Notes: generated from the letters alone by a model not told the origin. Counted from the first letter of the stretch, positions 36,201 to 49,005 are shown. The stretch is 64,000 bases of DNA from Fimicolochytrium jonesii (GCF_025526975.1 NW_026515679.1:124001-188000); one strand, 5' to 3'. Program-made: numbers and translations.

Positions 36201-37243
36201 ACGGCAACGATGCGGTCATGGTTGTGGTCGACCGTCTCACGAAACGCGTACACATAGCCCCGTGCCGTCGCGACATCACAGCCGCCCAAACTGCGCAACT
36301 CTTCGTCGACAACATCATCCGATTGCATGGCATCCCCAGGACTCTCGTCACGGACCGCGATTCCCGCTTCACTTCGGAATTCTGGCTCAACGTTTCGGAC
36401 TACTTGGGCTTCCGCACCGCGATCGCCACCACCGCTCACCAACAAACGGATGGACAGACGGAACGAGCCATCGGAACCATCAAACAAATGCTCGCTTGCA
36501 TCCCCGATCTCTCCGGACGCAACTGGTCGCGCTACCTCTCGGCCATCGAATTCGCCTACAACAACGCAAAGAACCAATCTACCGGGATGACCCCATTTGA
36601 GGCCGATCTGGGGTACAGCCCCCTGAAGCCGCACACGCTCCAGGCCCAGACGCCACAAGAACACCCCGGTCCCGCTTGGGCGAACCGCCTTGCGGACGTC
36701 GCACGATTGGCCAAGATCCGCATCCAGAACGCCCAGGACCGCTTTGCCCGCTACGCCGACATGAAACGAGCCCCGGCCGACCCTCGCATCCGACAAGGCG
36801 CCCACGTTCTCGTTCACCGCAGCGCGATCAACATCCCCGAATACAAGGACCTGCCATCCGCGGCCCTCAAGATCCTTCCTGCATGGCTTGGTCCTTTCCC
36901 CGTGCTCCACCCCGGCGAACAGCCCCTCACCTTCAAACTCCAACTTCCCCCGACGATGCGCCAGCACCCCGTATTCCATGTGGACGTCCTACGCCTGTAC
37001 ACCGCCCGGATCCCAAAATACACACAGAGCATCGATGATCACCCCTTCGCAGAAATCCTACGACACCGAAACATCGGCCGTCGACGACTATATCTAGCGC
37101 GCCGCTCTGGAGAATCCCCCCACACTGCGGATTGGGTGGAGGAAGATGCCATCGTCGATTCCATCGCCTTTCTCGCCTACAAGAACGCTATCGGGTTACG
37201 GACCATCCACCGCACCCCCATCCCCGTAAGAGACCAACAATGA
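33279..37243 (+). CDS. pol: Retrotransposon Pol (protease, RT, RNase H, integrase, degenerate chromodomain); -1 frame to gag, with a further 1-nt frame break at ~33758
   Basis: LLDTGC protease; PWGAPVLF, YMDD; IDASG...ERELLAL...TDHKSL RNase H; HHCC zinc finger, DDE core and WLGPF integrase; C-terminal EILRHR...YLARRSGE...DWV. Confidence 0.93.
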
Positions 37244-37375
37244 CACTTGGGCCCCGGTCCTACACAGCACCTTAGATAGACCCCACCGGACCACCGGACC
37301 ACCTCCATCCCCGCAACCCCACGCCTCCCTCTTCCCTTCCACAACCCTCTTCCTCCCTCCCTAACACAACCCCAT

Positions 37376-37628
37376 GCTCTCGTCTTGTGAAAATCAAGCC
37401 GGCTGTGATTTTGGGGGGGGTGTGAAGGATCCAGGTCACGGGACGCTGCACGTGACTGCGAACTTCATCTTTTCTTCCTTCCTTAAAAACGCACTTCCTC
37501 TGGCTCTCGTCTTGTGAAAATCAAGCCGGCTGTGATTTTGGGGGGGGTGTGAAGGATCCAGGTCACGGACGCTGCACGTGACTGCGAACTTCATCTTTTC
37601 TTCCTTCCTTAAAAACGCACTTCCTCTG
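37376..37628 (+). repeat. 127-bp tandem duplication of 3' UTR end + PPT + first 82 bp of LTR
   Basis: 37376-37502 is repeated at 37503-37628; G8 tracts at 37413-37420 and 37540-37547. Confidence 0.95.
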
Positions 37629-37676
37629 AAGTCGTTCTTCTTGTACTTTATCAACAATAGAGTCTACTCTGTTACA
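37548..37676 (+). repeat. 3' LTR (129 bp)
   Basis: Matches the 5' LTR and is followed by TSD GAACT. Confidence 0.95.
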
Positions 37677-37980
37677 GAACTCCAGGGACGCGCTGTCGAA
37701 ATCTGCTGATACTTGTCCGGAAATTGGCGGGGGTCTACGTCCGAAGTGTCACACTTGCCCAAAGCTCCAGATTTCAAAGCCCCCCCACCCAGAAAAAACA
37801 GTACTCTCCATGGATTGTTCGCCCCAGATCCAAGCCCCCAACTTGAAGTCCTGGATATCGAATGGTGCTCACAGCACTCCTCAAACCTACGACGGCGCCC
37901 TTCCGCACGATCACTACAGTAGCACGACTCGTGAGAATTGACGGACCTGGCCTTAGTCCGCAATAATAGCAAAGGTCAAA

Positions 37981-40900
37981 ATGCCGGCCGTACTGAAGAG
38001 CGCCTCGGCGAGCCTCCCTGCAACAGCTTGTCAACACGAGCGCACGTTCAAGTCAGAGGAATCGCATGGCCTCCCGAATGCTCTTGATACCTTCGAGGTA
38101 CTCTCCTCTCACATCTCCGAACTACGTCAAACGTTTCCGGACACAATCGCCCAGTTACAAACCCAGGCTTCGGGAGACAATACTTTAAAGCTGCCGGATA
38201 CTGACAAAGGGTCGGTGCCAATGGGGCTGCGGCAGTCTGCGGCTTGCATACAGCACTTCTGCCTGTATGGCGACAAGGCTTTGAACTCACTACTGGAACG
38301 TGGAACATTGGGAGTGTTTGTCGACCTGCTCTGTGCCCACGATTTATCGAAAACCTGTAAACTGCTGATGTTGGAGGCGCTCAACAATAGTCTGATGGAA
38401 CCGAAAGTTATGGACTGGTTCCTCCATCATCCAGTTAAATCGGATAGACATGATGGAGAAGCGTCGAGCGTTCAGACCTCATACGTCGCTGGTCGGATAG
38501 TGCCGTGGATGTTCCATGAGCGGGACATGAGGGTTTTGAGGATGCTCGAAGTCCTGGCAGCGAAAATAGCCGCGTACGAGGCTTGTTCTACAATAAGGCA
38601 ATTCGCTGACAGCCTGCAACAGGATATGGAGGCGAGCACGCCGAAATCGGACGTGGATTTGGCCAATGCTATCGGTGGGTTTATTTTTGAATCCACTCTG
38701 CTCGAATGATAGACCTGACCGACGGAATACTGCATTTAGACCAATGTAGCAGAGCTTTCAAAGCTATATGCACCGCGATGGACGGCATTCAGGCTAGGCC
38801 CTCGGATAGGAACACTCCGCATCCCCACGAAGATTGCGGTGTCATATGCTACAGATACCTCACGAAGTATTCAATCATGGAATCAATAGGAATCATACTG
38901 GAAGCCACTGGGAAGGGAAATCATTCGAAAGCCCCGAAGCTGCTCGCTTCTATCATGCGCTTCTGCTGCACTCTGCTGAGTAAGGCGGACTCGGTGCTGT
39001 TCCTGTTCCCGCCAATTGTGCCTAGTGCGACAGTGCCTCTTGGCCGAACGTACGCCCCTCAGTGGCTCCAATCCTGGGGTCGCCGATTAGATGTTGAGCT
39101 GAAGTCGGATCAACCTAACGAAGACCCAATGGATGATGGACGAATGGAGAGCATGGGTCTCTACGATGTTTTGGCAATGGAATCCAACATCTCGCCGGCC
39201 TTTGAAATTGACGGGCGTGCAATCTTCTCGATGATGGAGCAACATTACAAAGCACTGTCGATCGTCCGTAAACTTACAACATCGCTCCGCACGGCAGCGG
39301 CCAGCCCAACCATCGTTCTCGTACAGAAGCAGCTGTTGCGATCGGTGGTCGGCATGCTTGGGCCGAATATCGGTCAGCAGGCCGTAGTCTCCGCTCTCAC
39401 ATTGACTGATGGCTTTGCCGCTCTTGTGCGATATGCCGCTGGGCTTAGTGGACCGACAAAACTGGGACAAGAAGCGCTCGATACCGAGCTGGCGCTTGAG
39501 ATTTTGTCGGTGTGTGTGGAGAAGGCGGAGGTTGATTTGTTGGCATTGCTCAGTGGAAACGAAGATACATTGCGCAACACAACTAGCGCTCCAGCATACC
39601 TGCGATCGTACCTCGAATCCTCAGAGGTGTACAAAAGTCATGGGCTGGGTGGCGTACTCCGCATTCTATGTCGGAGGGGCGAGCTGAACAATGAGGAGGT
39701 TTTTGGCCGCCTTTACACAGTAATTCAAATTCTTTTGAGCGAATCAAGAAATCGGGATACATTCCGCGAGATTATCGCTTACGTGGATGAACAAGAGCTT
39801 GTAACAACTCGAGGGACGTTAGCCGAAGCGGGAATTTTGCAATCTGTCATCGAATTGTTGGACGACTGCGTTGAAGCCATTTGCAAGCTCGACTTCTCTC
39901 GGAATTCGTTCCAAGACGTCAGCTTGAACGCATCACTGGGCTCCCCCAAAGTCGTGGAGGAAGTCTCGCCGAACAGCGGATCGACATTCGCTCAAAATCA
40001 CAGGCTTCGACAAGCTGCCTTGCGTCTGAATCATCTGGCGTTGCGTCTGCTTCATCGCATTATATCGGCCTACGATTTCGCGATTCCATCAGTTCGAGCC
40101 ACACATACACGGTCTCCCCCTGTGATTCAGGTCGACAGTAGTGGTGGTACTCTGAGATTGATGGATGCCGAGCAGGCGCTCAGCTCTAAGGGATCTCGTT
40201 CGCATGAGGGTGCCAACCGGCCCGCAGCACCTTTTTTCAACGTTCCTTCCGTGATGCTGCGTTTGCTGCATGCAATCCACGAGCCCCCGGACATCGAAAC
40301 AGTTCATGATTCGTCAAACTCAACGACGCAGTCCGTCCGCTCGACATCATTGCAGGAACTCTACACTGCCGATATAAGACGCAGTATTCAACGCATTATG
40401 CAAGACTTGACTGCGGCAATTGTCGTTGATAGCGGCAAGGAATCCAACTTCCCCGGGCGAGTAGTGGTGCGGGATGGCACACACTCCGCCAGATCCGCTA
40501 TGCTTCCGAGATTCATGTTACCACTGAGCGCAACGCTGAGAAGCATTTTTGATCAGATACTCCACGCCCAGCCACAACAGCTTCTGACGGGAATGAAGGT
40601 GGTCGTTTCGTTGCTACCGGCTTCAACCACGAGTCCCGATGCGTACAAGGAATTCGGCGACGTAAAAGGCCCATCCTTCACGCGTGCCAAGCCAGATGAT
40701 GCCACTCTCGATTTGGCGAAACAGTACTGGGCCTCGGCACTTCGTTTTCTTCGAGCGGAGGTGATGAGCCTCATACGGCTGTGTGGGTCCACGGCATCCA
40801 AGCCACTCTTCGAGCAAGCAATGCTATTCCTCAACGGGGTGGTCGACATCAGTGTCACTGCTGATCCAGATGATGCAGATTTGGGAAATGGTGCTGTGCA

Positions 40901-42860
40901 GCTGCTGTTAGAAGAAATCATCAATGCAACCAAGGGAACATCATCGCCTGCCGACGCAGGAATGGGATCTGCATCTGGACCAGAGAGCCACCCTTCACAA
41001 GGCAGGAAATGTGCGCAGTGGCTGACGCTGCTGCAAACGGTTGGTGTGTCGCTACCAGGAAGGCAGACTTTCCAACGGATCGAGAAAGAACAAGGAACTG
41101 TCCTCGACACGATCCTCGATACACTCGTAGGCTTTGGAAGCGACGAGACCGTCATACGCGCCGCTCTACGTTGCTTGCGACGGACGATCGACGCCCTTTG
41201 CGAACCTTCGTCCGACGAAACTGCGGCGACGGGGCGGCATCCGAATGCAAAGATAGGACCTGCGAAAGCTCGACGAATGGTCAATGAACTCCTTCGCATC
41301 CATACTACATCTACTTCCGCTTTCATCCGGCTCGCTCTCTGCAAGGAAATCTACCATATTACGACATCGGTACCGGTTGTCTACTCAAAGCAGGATGTAC
41401 GAGAATCGGTCAGTATATGGCAACAAGCGCTAATCCCTTTACTGGAAGTGGCCGATTCACCGGACGTGACCCTTCACTTGTTGCGCGGCCTTGGCAATGT
41501 CAAGTTTTCCTCGAAGACTGCTGGCACATCATTTGCGAGGATGGTGTGCGAGGTGGACAGTGCGGCCGTAGACAACCCGGAAACCGCTCGCTACCTCCGA
41601 CGTCTCTGCGGTATACTCGCGCTGGATGTGGGGAATGAAATGGGTGTGCCCGTGATCCTGCAGATGCTGGTGGATCGTATGCCAGGGGTGGACCAGACGA
41701 TTCTTGAGCACGCACTCGTGATGAGGCCAGGTGGGGAAGGAGTTGGGCAGGATCTCGGTGGGGCAGAAGGTGAGGAGTGTTGAGCAACCGTGCGATGTCT
41801 CTTGCACGCGATTCTACCCTATAAGTCTTTCCCACAACCCACAGGAGTGCTGTCAACTAATCAAGCGGTTTCAATGCGGCTGGGCACCCCGCCTGCGAGC
41901 CTGACGGCGAGCATTCTAACTTCATTCGACTTTGTTCGACAAGGCGCCATGGATGAGAATGGGAACATCAGCTTGGAAGCTGCGATGGCCGCCGCGCGGG
42001 CATTCGAGGAAGATATTCTCCGACCCGACGAACTCCGGGACGATCTTGCCGGCCAGGACACTCCAGGTGCACCGCTCCCACGGCAGCTACAGCAAGGGCA
42101 AGGACAAGGCCCTGGACTTGCACCGGGCGATCTAACCGTCCCAGGGATGCCGATGATGGTGGCGTACCGGCAATACATGAAAGATGAATTCCGCACCACG
42201 CATCTGATGAAGCGGAAGATCAATGTCAGTCGACCTCCTAGCGTGCATGTGGATCAATTTGGCGAAATCGGCCCTGCGGGACAGTCGAGTGGTAATAATC
42301 CCCCTATACCTGCTGGCCTGGCTTTCCAGCAGCAGCCTATGATGGGTATGCCGCATACTCCGAGGCTTTCGCCATTCATGCGGGCTCCGATACAGCAGTC
42401 CATGCCGTTCTCGTTCCCACAACAGCAGCAACAGCAGCAGCAGCAGCAGCAGCAACAACAACAAATGCCCGGACGGCATCGCGTACCCTCCGGCCCTCCC
42501 GCGGCCATGTGGTGGCCCAACCGAGAATGGGACGACGGACGAGGCGGTGCGGCAGCTGCGACGGGATGGTGGGACCCCGAGATGTCGTTCGGCATTCCGT
42601 TCAATCCACAAGCCGGCGAACTGTTTCATCCTATGCAAGCGCAGCAGATCATGTCGTCGCCGCAAATGGGGAACCAGCAGCCTATGCAGCCACCGATGGG
42701 TACACCGATGGGCGCGACGCAGCAGCAGTATGAGTACATGTCGCAGCAGCAGAATATGCCGCAACAGCGCCAGCACCAGGAACAGGGATGCAGCCAACCG
42801 CAGATTTGGACGTATCCGCAGGCAGGGTTTGGGTTTCCAAGATGGGGATGGGCGGGATGA
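37981..42860 (+). CDS. Virilizer/VIRMA-like m6A writer complex scaffold; true 5' end unclear
   Basis: LRQSAACIQHF...LLERGTLGVFVDLL...KLLMLEALNNSL...MDWFL parallels the VIRMA armadillo-like region. FRTTHLMKRKINVSRPPSVHVDQF matches the conserved virilizer RPPS(M/V)HVD motif. Gln/Pro/Met-rich tail. Confidence 0.8.
42419..42464 (+). repeat. CAG/CAA microsatellite encoding polyQ
   Basis: Run of ~15 Gln codons in the virilizer tail. Confidence 0.9.
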
Positions 42861-42947
42861 GATTCCCGAAGATTCCGAGGGTGTGGAGTGTTGGCGGTAT
42901 CATCACTGATCAAGCATTCCGGGAAGCCATAGCGGCGGATCGAAGTG

Positions 42948-43086
42948 CATAGGCACGAGATTTTGGTTTTAGTTTCTTGGGTTAGCTCTGGAGTACGTAG
43001 CTTAATATCATCGTATCGAAGTTTCATAGGCACGAGTTTTTGGTTTTGGTTTCTTGAGGTAGCTCTGGAGTAGCTTAGTATCATCC
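42948..43086. repeat. Imperfect ~60-bp direct repeat pair between convergent genes
   Basis: CATAGGCACGAG(A)TTTTTGGTTTT...TAGCTCTGGAGTA...TATCATC at ~42948-43011 and ~43025-43086. Confidence 0.85.
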
Positions 43087-43289
43087 ATTCGAAAGCAATT
43101 TCTTCAATCCGAATCAGCAGCCATCCTATGTTTCCTTCAAACTCTAATGTACACTTTCGGGCAGCTTCGAGACCTGGGTGGCAGAGTTGGTTAAATATTA
43201 GACACAAAATAGGGAGCGAATATTCTATATATGGGAGGGAGGGACACAAAACGATCCCAATCCCAAGCCCGACGCCGTCTCCAAAAGCT

Positions 43290-45531
43290 CTAAAACTGAG
43301 AGTAGGTGTAACCTGGTGGTGGACGCTGTTGACCAGGCCGCCTCCCACCGGCGCCGCCGCGGAAACTGTGTGAATGGCCAAATCCTGGTTGACTGTGCTG
43401 ATGAAACTCAGGTTGACCTCCTCCGTACCCGAACCCATGTGGCATGCCACCGCCCATGCCACCGCCCATACCGCCACCCATGCCGCCTCCGCCTTGCTGG
43501 AAGAACATTCTCAGAATGTCGTCCATCTGGCCAGGGTGGCCTCCATGTCCACCGAAACCCGATGACATGCCGTCGGACGCCGACGACCCGTCAATGTCCA
43601 TTCCATTGTCGAACATCTCCTTCTTGCGTGGATCCGAGAGAACTGTGTACGCCTCTCCAATCTCCTTGAATTTCCCTTCTGCGACCAGCTTCTCCTCTTC
43701 GCTGAGACCGGCGCTTTTGTCGGGGTGGTACTGCAGTGCGGCTTTCCGGTACGCCTTCTTAATCTCGGATTCCGACGCTCCCCTCTCTATCCCCATGATT
43801 TTGTAGTAATCTTTCCGTTTGGACTGTCGATGCAGGTTTTGAGCGTTGCGCAACGCTCTTGAAATTTCTGATGAAGTCCCACCATCAGCATACAAGCTTT
43901 CGGCAGAGATCTGAGGAGAGGTCCGCGTAACTTACCTCCGTTTTGTGGATCCAATTGCTCGGCCGCTGTGTAATCCCGGACAGCTTCTTCGTATTTCTCA
44001 ACCTTCATGTAACAATCGGCGCGTCGCAGATACAGTTTGCTGAACAGCGAGGAGTTCGGCGAACTCCTCATGTCTGCTGGTGTAGGGTGCTCATTTCCAG
44101 GGAATGTGAGGTTCTCCAAAAGGTCCAATGCGATTGTTGCATCTGCGGCAGCAAGTTCGAATTGCGAAAGCTGGGAAAGATTATCTGAGATTGGCTCCTT
44201 GAAAAAACAATCATCATTGCAAAGATCGCACCTTGCTCCTTGCCGTGGCACGATTGCTAAGGACCTTCGCCCGCCCCACTCCCGACTCATCGTCGTCAGC
44301 TAAGTATCTGGTGTAGGCTTCCACCGCCTCTGTGTAGCGCCCGGTCTTGAACGCCTCGTTACCCTCGGCTTTCACAGCTTCCATCCGCTTGACCTTCCTC
44401 AAAAAGTCGCGTGCCTTGGTGTTGTCAGGGTCAAACGACAATGCCTGAGCCAAGAGTTTGGGAATGTTTTCCGGCTTGGAATCTTGCAAGTACATCACAC
44501 GAGCCCGGATCGCTATGGCATCCGCATTTGTGTTGTCGGCAGTCAGAATAGACCTAACATTTTCACAAAAAAAACGTTAGCATGCCAGCCTTCAATAATG
44601 GGAAGAAGAATGTGTCACTCACGTTGTGACACTGGCTGCTTCATCCAGTTCGCGAACTTCCACAAGGCACTCCGCGCGCAGCAGCCTCCATCGTACAGCA
44701 ATAGTATCCAAAGATAACCCCACCAAACGAGATGAGCTGGCGGCTGAGGAGGAGCTTCGGAGGGATGGATCTACTGTAATCATGGCCATTTCCAGCTGAA
44801 TCAGAGCCTCTTTGTACTGACTGCGTTTCATCAGCCTTGTGGCTTGCGTTATGAAGGATTCGGCTTTCGCTACGCTTCCAAGCTATAACATATAGTACGG
44901 TTAGAAACGCGCAAAAGTACATCGGATTCGATGATAGCTATGAATACCTACCTCACGGTCAAGCTGGCTCACAGTAATCGTATTCCCCAATGCCTGCGCT
45001 TGTGCATGTTTCAGGAGAGTAGTCGCCTCATCCAACTGTCCCAAGTGCATCAGGCACTTTGACGCCCGCAGAACGACCTTCACGCTTGGGCCGTCCAACT
45101 CGAGCGCACGCTTACAGTCATTAGAGGCATCGCGATATCGCCTCATGTTCATCAAAGCCGCGGCTCTGTTGGCGTAGTATACGCCTGACGTGGGAGCAAT
45201 GTCTGCCAAGAAAAGGAATGTGAGACGAGACTCGAAGCGAGTGCGTCGCCCGACGGCATATGTAACCTACCGACAGCTTCCGAGTAGAGGTTTACAGCCT
45301 CTCTATAGTCGCCCTTTTTGTATAGCTCGTTGGCTCGTGCCTTCACGGCCTCCGCCCGCTGAATTCGTTCATAGTCCGTTTCCTCGCTATTGAAGCAGCG
45401 GGAGGTCAGTTACACTTGCAGCATATACACAAGACGTTCGTCCGCATATGCTCTCGCAATACGCCGCGGTGGTCAGAGACAACAACTCACCCCGTCAAGT
45501 CAATCACTTCTTCCATCATATCGGCTGTCAT
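43290..45531 (-). CDS. DNAJC7: TPR-containing DnaJ co-chaperone (DNAJC7/Tpr2 type)
   Basis: Multiple TPRs (KARANELYKKGDY, YYANRAAALM, KAEGNEAFKTGRY, LYLRRADCY), then J domain KDYYKIMGI...YHPDK and a Gly/Met-rich tail. Confidence 0.88.
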
Positions 45532-46145
45532 TGTGACTATGGTGCAGCGGCGGAGAACTGCGAGTGGCAAATAAGGTGGGTGTGTTGTAGCGAAGGAGGA
45601 AGTAGCTGTGTATGTGCTGTGCCAGGGCAGGACCAGCCTGCGGAAGTCAATACTGTATGTGTGTCTCTATATGAGCAAGCGAGAGTGGAGTTCTCCAGTC
45701 CGTTGCCGCCTGTGGAGGGTTTTGTTGAAGCGTTGCGATATGGGGCACTTTCGGCCGGCGGAGAAAGACCACCCGTTAGCCAGTCACCGCCAGCAGCGAT
45801 AAACGCAACCCGTTCTCGCTTTCTCGCGCGGCAGCGCAGATCAGGCGCTGATCTCATGTTGGTCCTCAATCATTAGAATCGGCTGCAAATCCTAATCGCA
45901 AGTGTGGGAGAAGTCATCTTGGGCACGGATCAGCAAGTCCGAAGGGAAATCTTCTCTTGCCTTCTCTGATGGAACGGGAAAAAAAAGATAAGAGCAAGAC
46001 ACGCAATTCAATTCTTCATGTTGGTCACCTGACGCATTTTAAGTCTCGAGACCCTGCTCGAAGGTGGAAAGCGTTCATGTCAAGTTTCAACCTTCTCCAC
46101 AATTGAAAGTTTGTAGCAACTTCAAAAACTGGAAAAACCAAAAAA

Positions 46146-46218
46146 CGATCCTACCAGGATTCGAACCTGGAATCTCCTGTTCCGTAGACAGGCGCCTTGA
46201 CCATTGGGCCATAGGACC
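46146..46218 (-). tRNA. tRNA-Arg (anticodon ACG)
   Basis: GGTCCTATGGCCCAATGGTCAAGGCGCCTGTCT-ACG-GAACAGGAGATTCCAGGTTCGAATCCTGGTAGGATCG folds as a 73-nt cloverleaf; oligo-T Pol III terminator follows immediately. Confidence 0.95.
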
Positions 46219-46252
46219 CTCTTGATTCCTTATCTCATCTCCTCCGACACTC

Positions 46253-46310
46253 CGCCCTTGACCACTGGGCCATAGGACCGTTTTGATTCCGTATCTCATC
46301 TCCTCCGACA
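46253..46310 (-). repeat. Partial tandem duplicate of the tRNA 5' third plus its upstream flank
   Basis: Near copy of 46193-46250 at a 60-bp offset. Confidence 0.9.
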
Positions 46311-46646
46311 CGGCGCACTTGGATGTATGCTCCCAGTACCACCCAGCAGCCACCGTCATCGCCATCGACTAGGTCGTCGCAATGTCGCCATGGGCAAGAG
46401 TAAGCGCGCGGCGCCAGGAAGAAGGCAAGGCAAGGGCCCGTCCTTCCGCAGTGACCCCACAAGCCGGTTCTACTCTGCATGCAAACAAGAAACTCAATAG
46501 GGTTCTAGTCGTCGAAGGTGTGTGTGGTCTGGCTCAACGGCGAAGCGGTCGCTGGCCCGTTGAGAGACTTAGCTCCTTGCCAGGCTGGGTTTGCTGTATG
46601 TTCCGGTATATCTGACCAGTGGTCACTGGCTTACCTGCAACATACT

Positions 46647-46710
46647 CCCACGCACAACTTCCGTTCCATCACGTTTTACCCCCACGCACAACTTCCGTTC
46701 CATCACGTTT
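46647..46710. repeat. Two-copy tandem repeat, 34-bp period
   Basis: CCCACGCACAACTTCCGTTCCATCACGTTT occurs twice. Confidence 0.9.
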
Positions 46711-47009
46711 GGATGTCTGCATGTTTTGTTTTAAGGTAATGTATCGAAAACGCAAATGTGTAAGAAAAGGCGACGCTTGTGGTCAAATTTGGCCTGGCGC
46801 CGCTCGAGGTGGGTGTGAAAATCCCATGTGTCACGTCAATTGCTTGACGCGTTCGCGTGGGGAACTTGGAGCCGGGTTGACGTGATGGGGAAAGCCCACG
46901 CGTCACCCAGTGTCAACACAGGCCATCGCAAAAACGTTCGTACTGAATCTGGACCAACAGCGACAAAACGTTTTGAATATCCGAAAGCTGAAAAGCGGCA
47001 TATTAGAGT

Positions 47010-49005
47010 ATGAACGACGGCAACGGCGAAGGAGCTGTGGATACAGTCGGCCCTCAGGGGAGCAGTGAGAACGGTGAAGCCACAGCCAACCTCTCGACGC
47101 TGGCCCGTACGCCAACCCAATTTCTGGAGCACCAAAGAGAATCTTCTGCTGTAATCAAGAATGGCCGACCCAGGAGCCTACCCCCTTCTCCAACTGACAT
47201 GCTGCTTGTTCGCTACGCCGGATGGCTCTCGTTCTTAAGGTTGCTCATCGTTCAGTTCGACGAGCAGAGTTCGCTTGAAAGAACGCTTGCGCAGGGTCAT
47301 GCAAGAGCTGTAAAGTCTTGGACTAGCCACCCGTTGAAGGAGATTGAATCCGCTTTCGATGCTCACGCTTCTCGCAATGCATCGGATTCTGCTTCCGCTG
47401 AAAACACCACCCCTACATCCTCAATCCACGATCTCACAAAGCACATCCGCGATGCGAACAGCCAGTTGGCCTCAAATCACGATGCGCTATATCAGGTTCT
47501 GGCAAATCAAACGCTCCCAGCTTTGCGGTCTTTGGAGAAGGACGTGCATCAACGGATGTCCGCGATGCTTTCCGAAGAAAAGGAGCGAAGGAGGCAAAGA
47601 GACAAGGATGAAAGGAAGTTGAAGTCTTTGATCGAGAAGCTGCAGACCGCTCTGGATGCAGCGCAAGGAACGGGTGATGTGCCCGCTCCCTACGCGAAAG
47701 ATCCTTGGTTGATAAACATAGGTGCGTTAGAATCCCTATGCGGATCTGGTGAGCAGTTGGATTGACGGCATAGCTTTCGCAGGAATTAAGCGACATCTAA
47801 GCGAATCGCATTCGAGAGACATTGGCCATCTGTCCACACTTGAAGGGATTGAAGAAACGTTCGGAACATGGGAGAAGAACCTCATCCACAGCCTCAAATG
47901 GGCTCTATTGGCGTACACCTCATTGCACCCGAGCTCCAGTGGAAGTAGCTCTACTGGCGAACACGCTTCGCCCTCGTCGATCTCCGGTCTGCATACCGCA
48001 GTTTCAAACATCGACGCAGAGAAGGAATGGCAAGCGTACCGCACTGCTCATTTGGTGCCTATCATGAGGGACTCGGATGAAAACCAAACGAGGAAGGACG
48101 ACTACCCCGGCGCCACTGACCCGTTCGTGGCGATGGTCAAAGAGGGACCCATGTTACGGAAATCAAAGATCCGTAAACAGTGGCACGCGCACTGGTACTG
48201 TCTCACGGCCGCAGGGTGGCTGCATCAGTTTGACGAGCGTCCCAAATTAGACAACATCACAGCATCGGCAGCCAGCCTCACCACTCACCAACCCAGCGTC
48301 AAGAACAGCGTGCAGCCCCCGCCCGTGATGAGCTGGTGGCTGAAAGAGTATGTGATGGCGGACCAGGCCGCTACAGAGTTTCACCTCACGCACACGAAAC
48401 CCAGAGCCCTCGGTCTCCGGCGCAAACCCCGAACGTACCAATTCTCGACCAACTCGCTGTCGGATTCAACCTCCTGGGCAACTGCCATCGCGCCCTTTGT
48501 CGCGATGAGGTCCCAGCCGAACTCCCACAGAACGTCCGTCGCGGGTTTCCCGCTTCGCCCCGCGCCGCTTGCACCAGATGCCCCGGCTTCGGTCACTGGA
48601 GCACCGGTTCAATTCCCCGAGCAGCCGGCCCATCAATCGATCTCGAGGCTGGCTAGTCGGTCATCCGTCGCATCAACGGCTTCCGCAAAATCGCTGACCA
48701 ACGCGGAATCCGAGACCCCGCCTCGACATGCAAGTGTGCATCGCCACGAATTGCCTTCGATCCCTGCAGAGTCGAATAATCGCGAAAACGGAACGGAGTC
48801 TACACCCCCACCCATCCTCTCAATGTCGCCCGTGGCACGAAAATCAATGGATGTCGAAAAGCACCGGCAGCAGCAGCAGCGGCTGTATGATCTGCCTACC
48901 CCACCGTTGGAGGCTCCGGGAGTGTCGCCGGCGGCTGATCAGGATGTTTATGCACATGATGGGCATCCTCAGGTGAATCATTACGACGATCCAGTTGCCG
49001 CTTGA
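47010..49005 (+). CDS. Slm1/Slm2-like BAR-PH domain protein
   Basis: PTDMLLVRYAGW... helical BAR-like region and DPWLIN; PH domain KEGPMLRKSKIRKQWHAHWYCLTAAGWLHQF...WATAI. One intron (~47722-47782). Confidence 0.8.

Larger units (their letters stand above)
31616..37676 (+). mobile_element. Full-length Ty3/Gypsy LTR retrotransposon (chromovirus-like)
   Basis: TG...CA LTRs at 31616-31745 and 37548-37676; 5-bp TSD GAACT (31611-31615, 37677-37681); PBS; G8 PPT; order gag-PR-RT-RH-IN. Confidence 0.97.

Noticed and set aside
35569..36979. Long alternative-frame and antisense ORFs inside pol
   Set aside because: Explained by the C-rich, stop-poor composition of the retroelement; no domain signal.
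42254..42604. Poly-Cys ORF on the - strand
   Set aside because: Antisense reading of the virilizer CAG/CAA polyQ tract.
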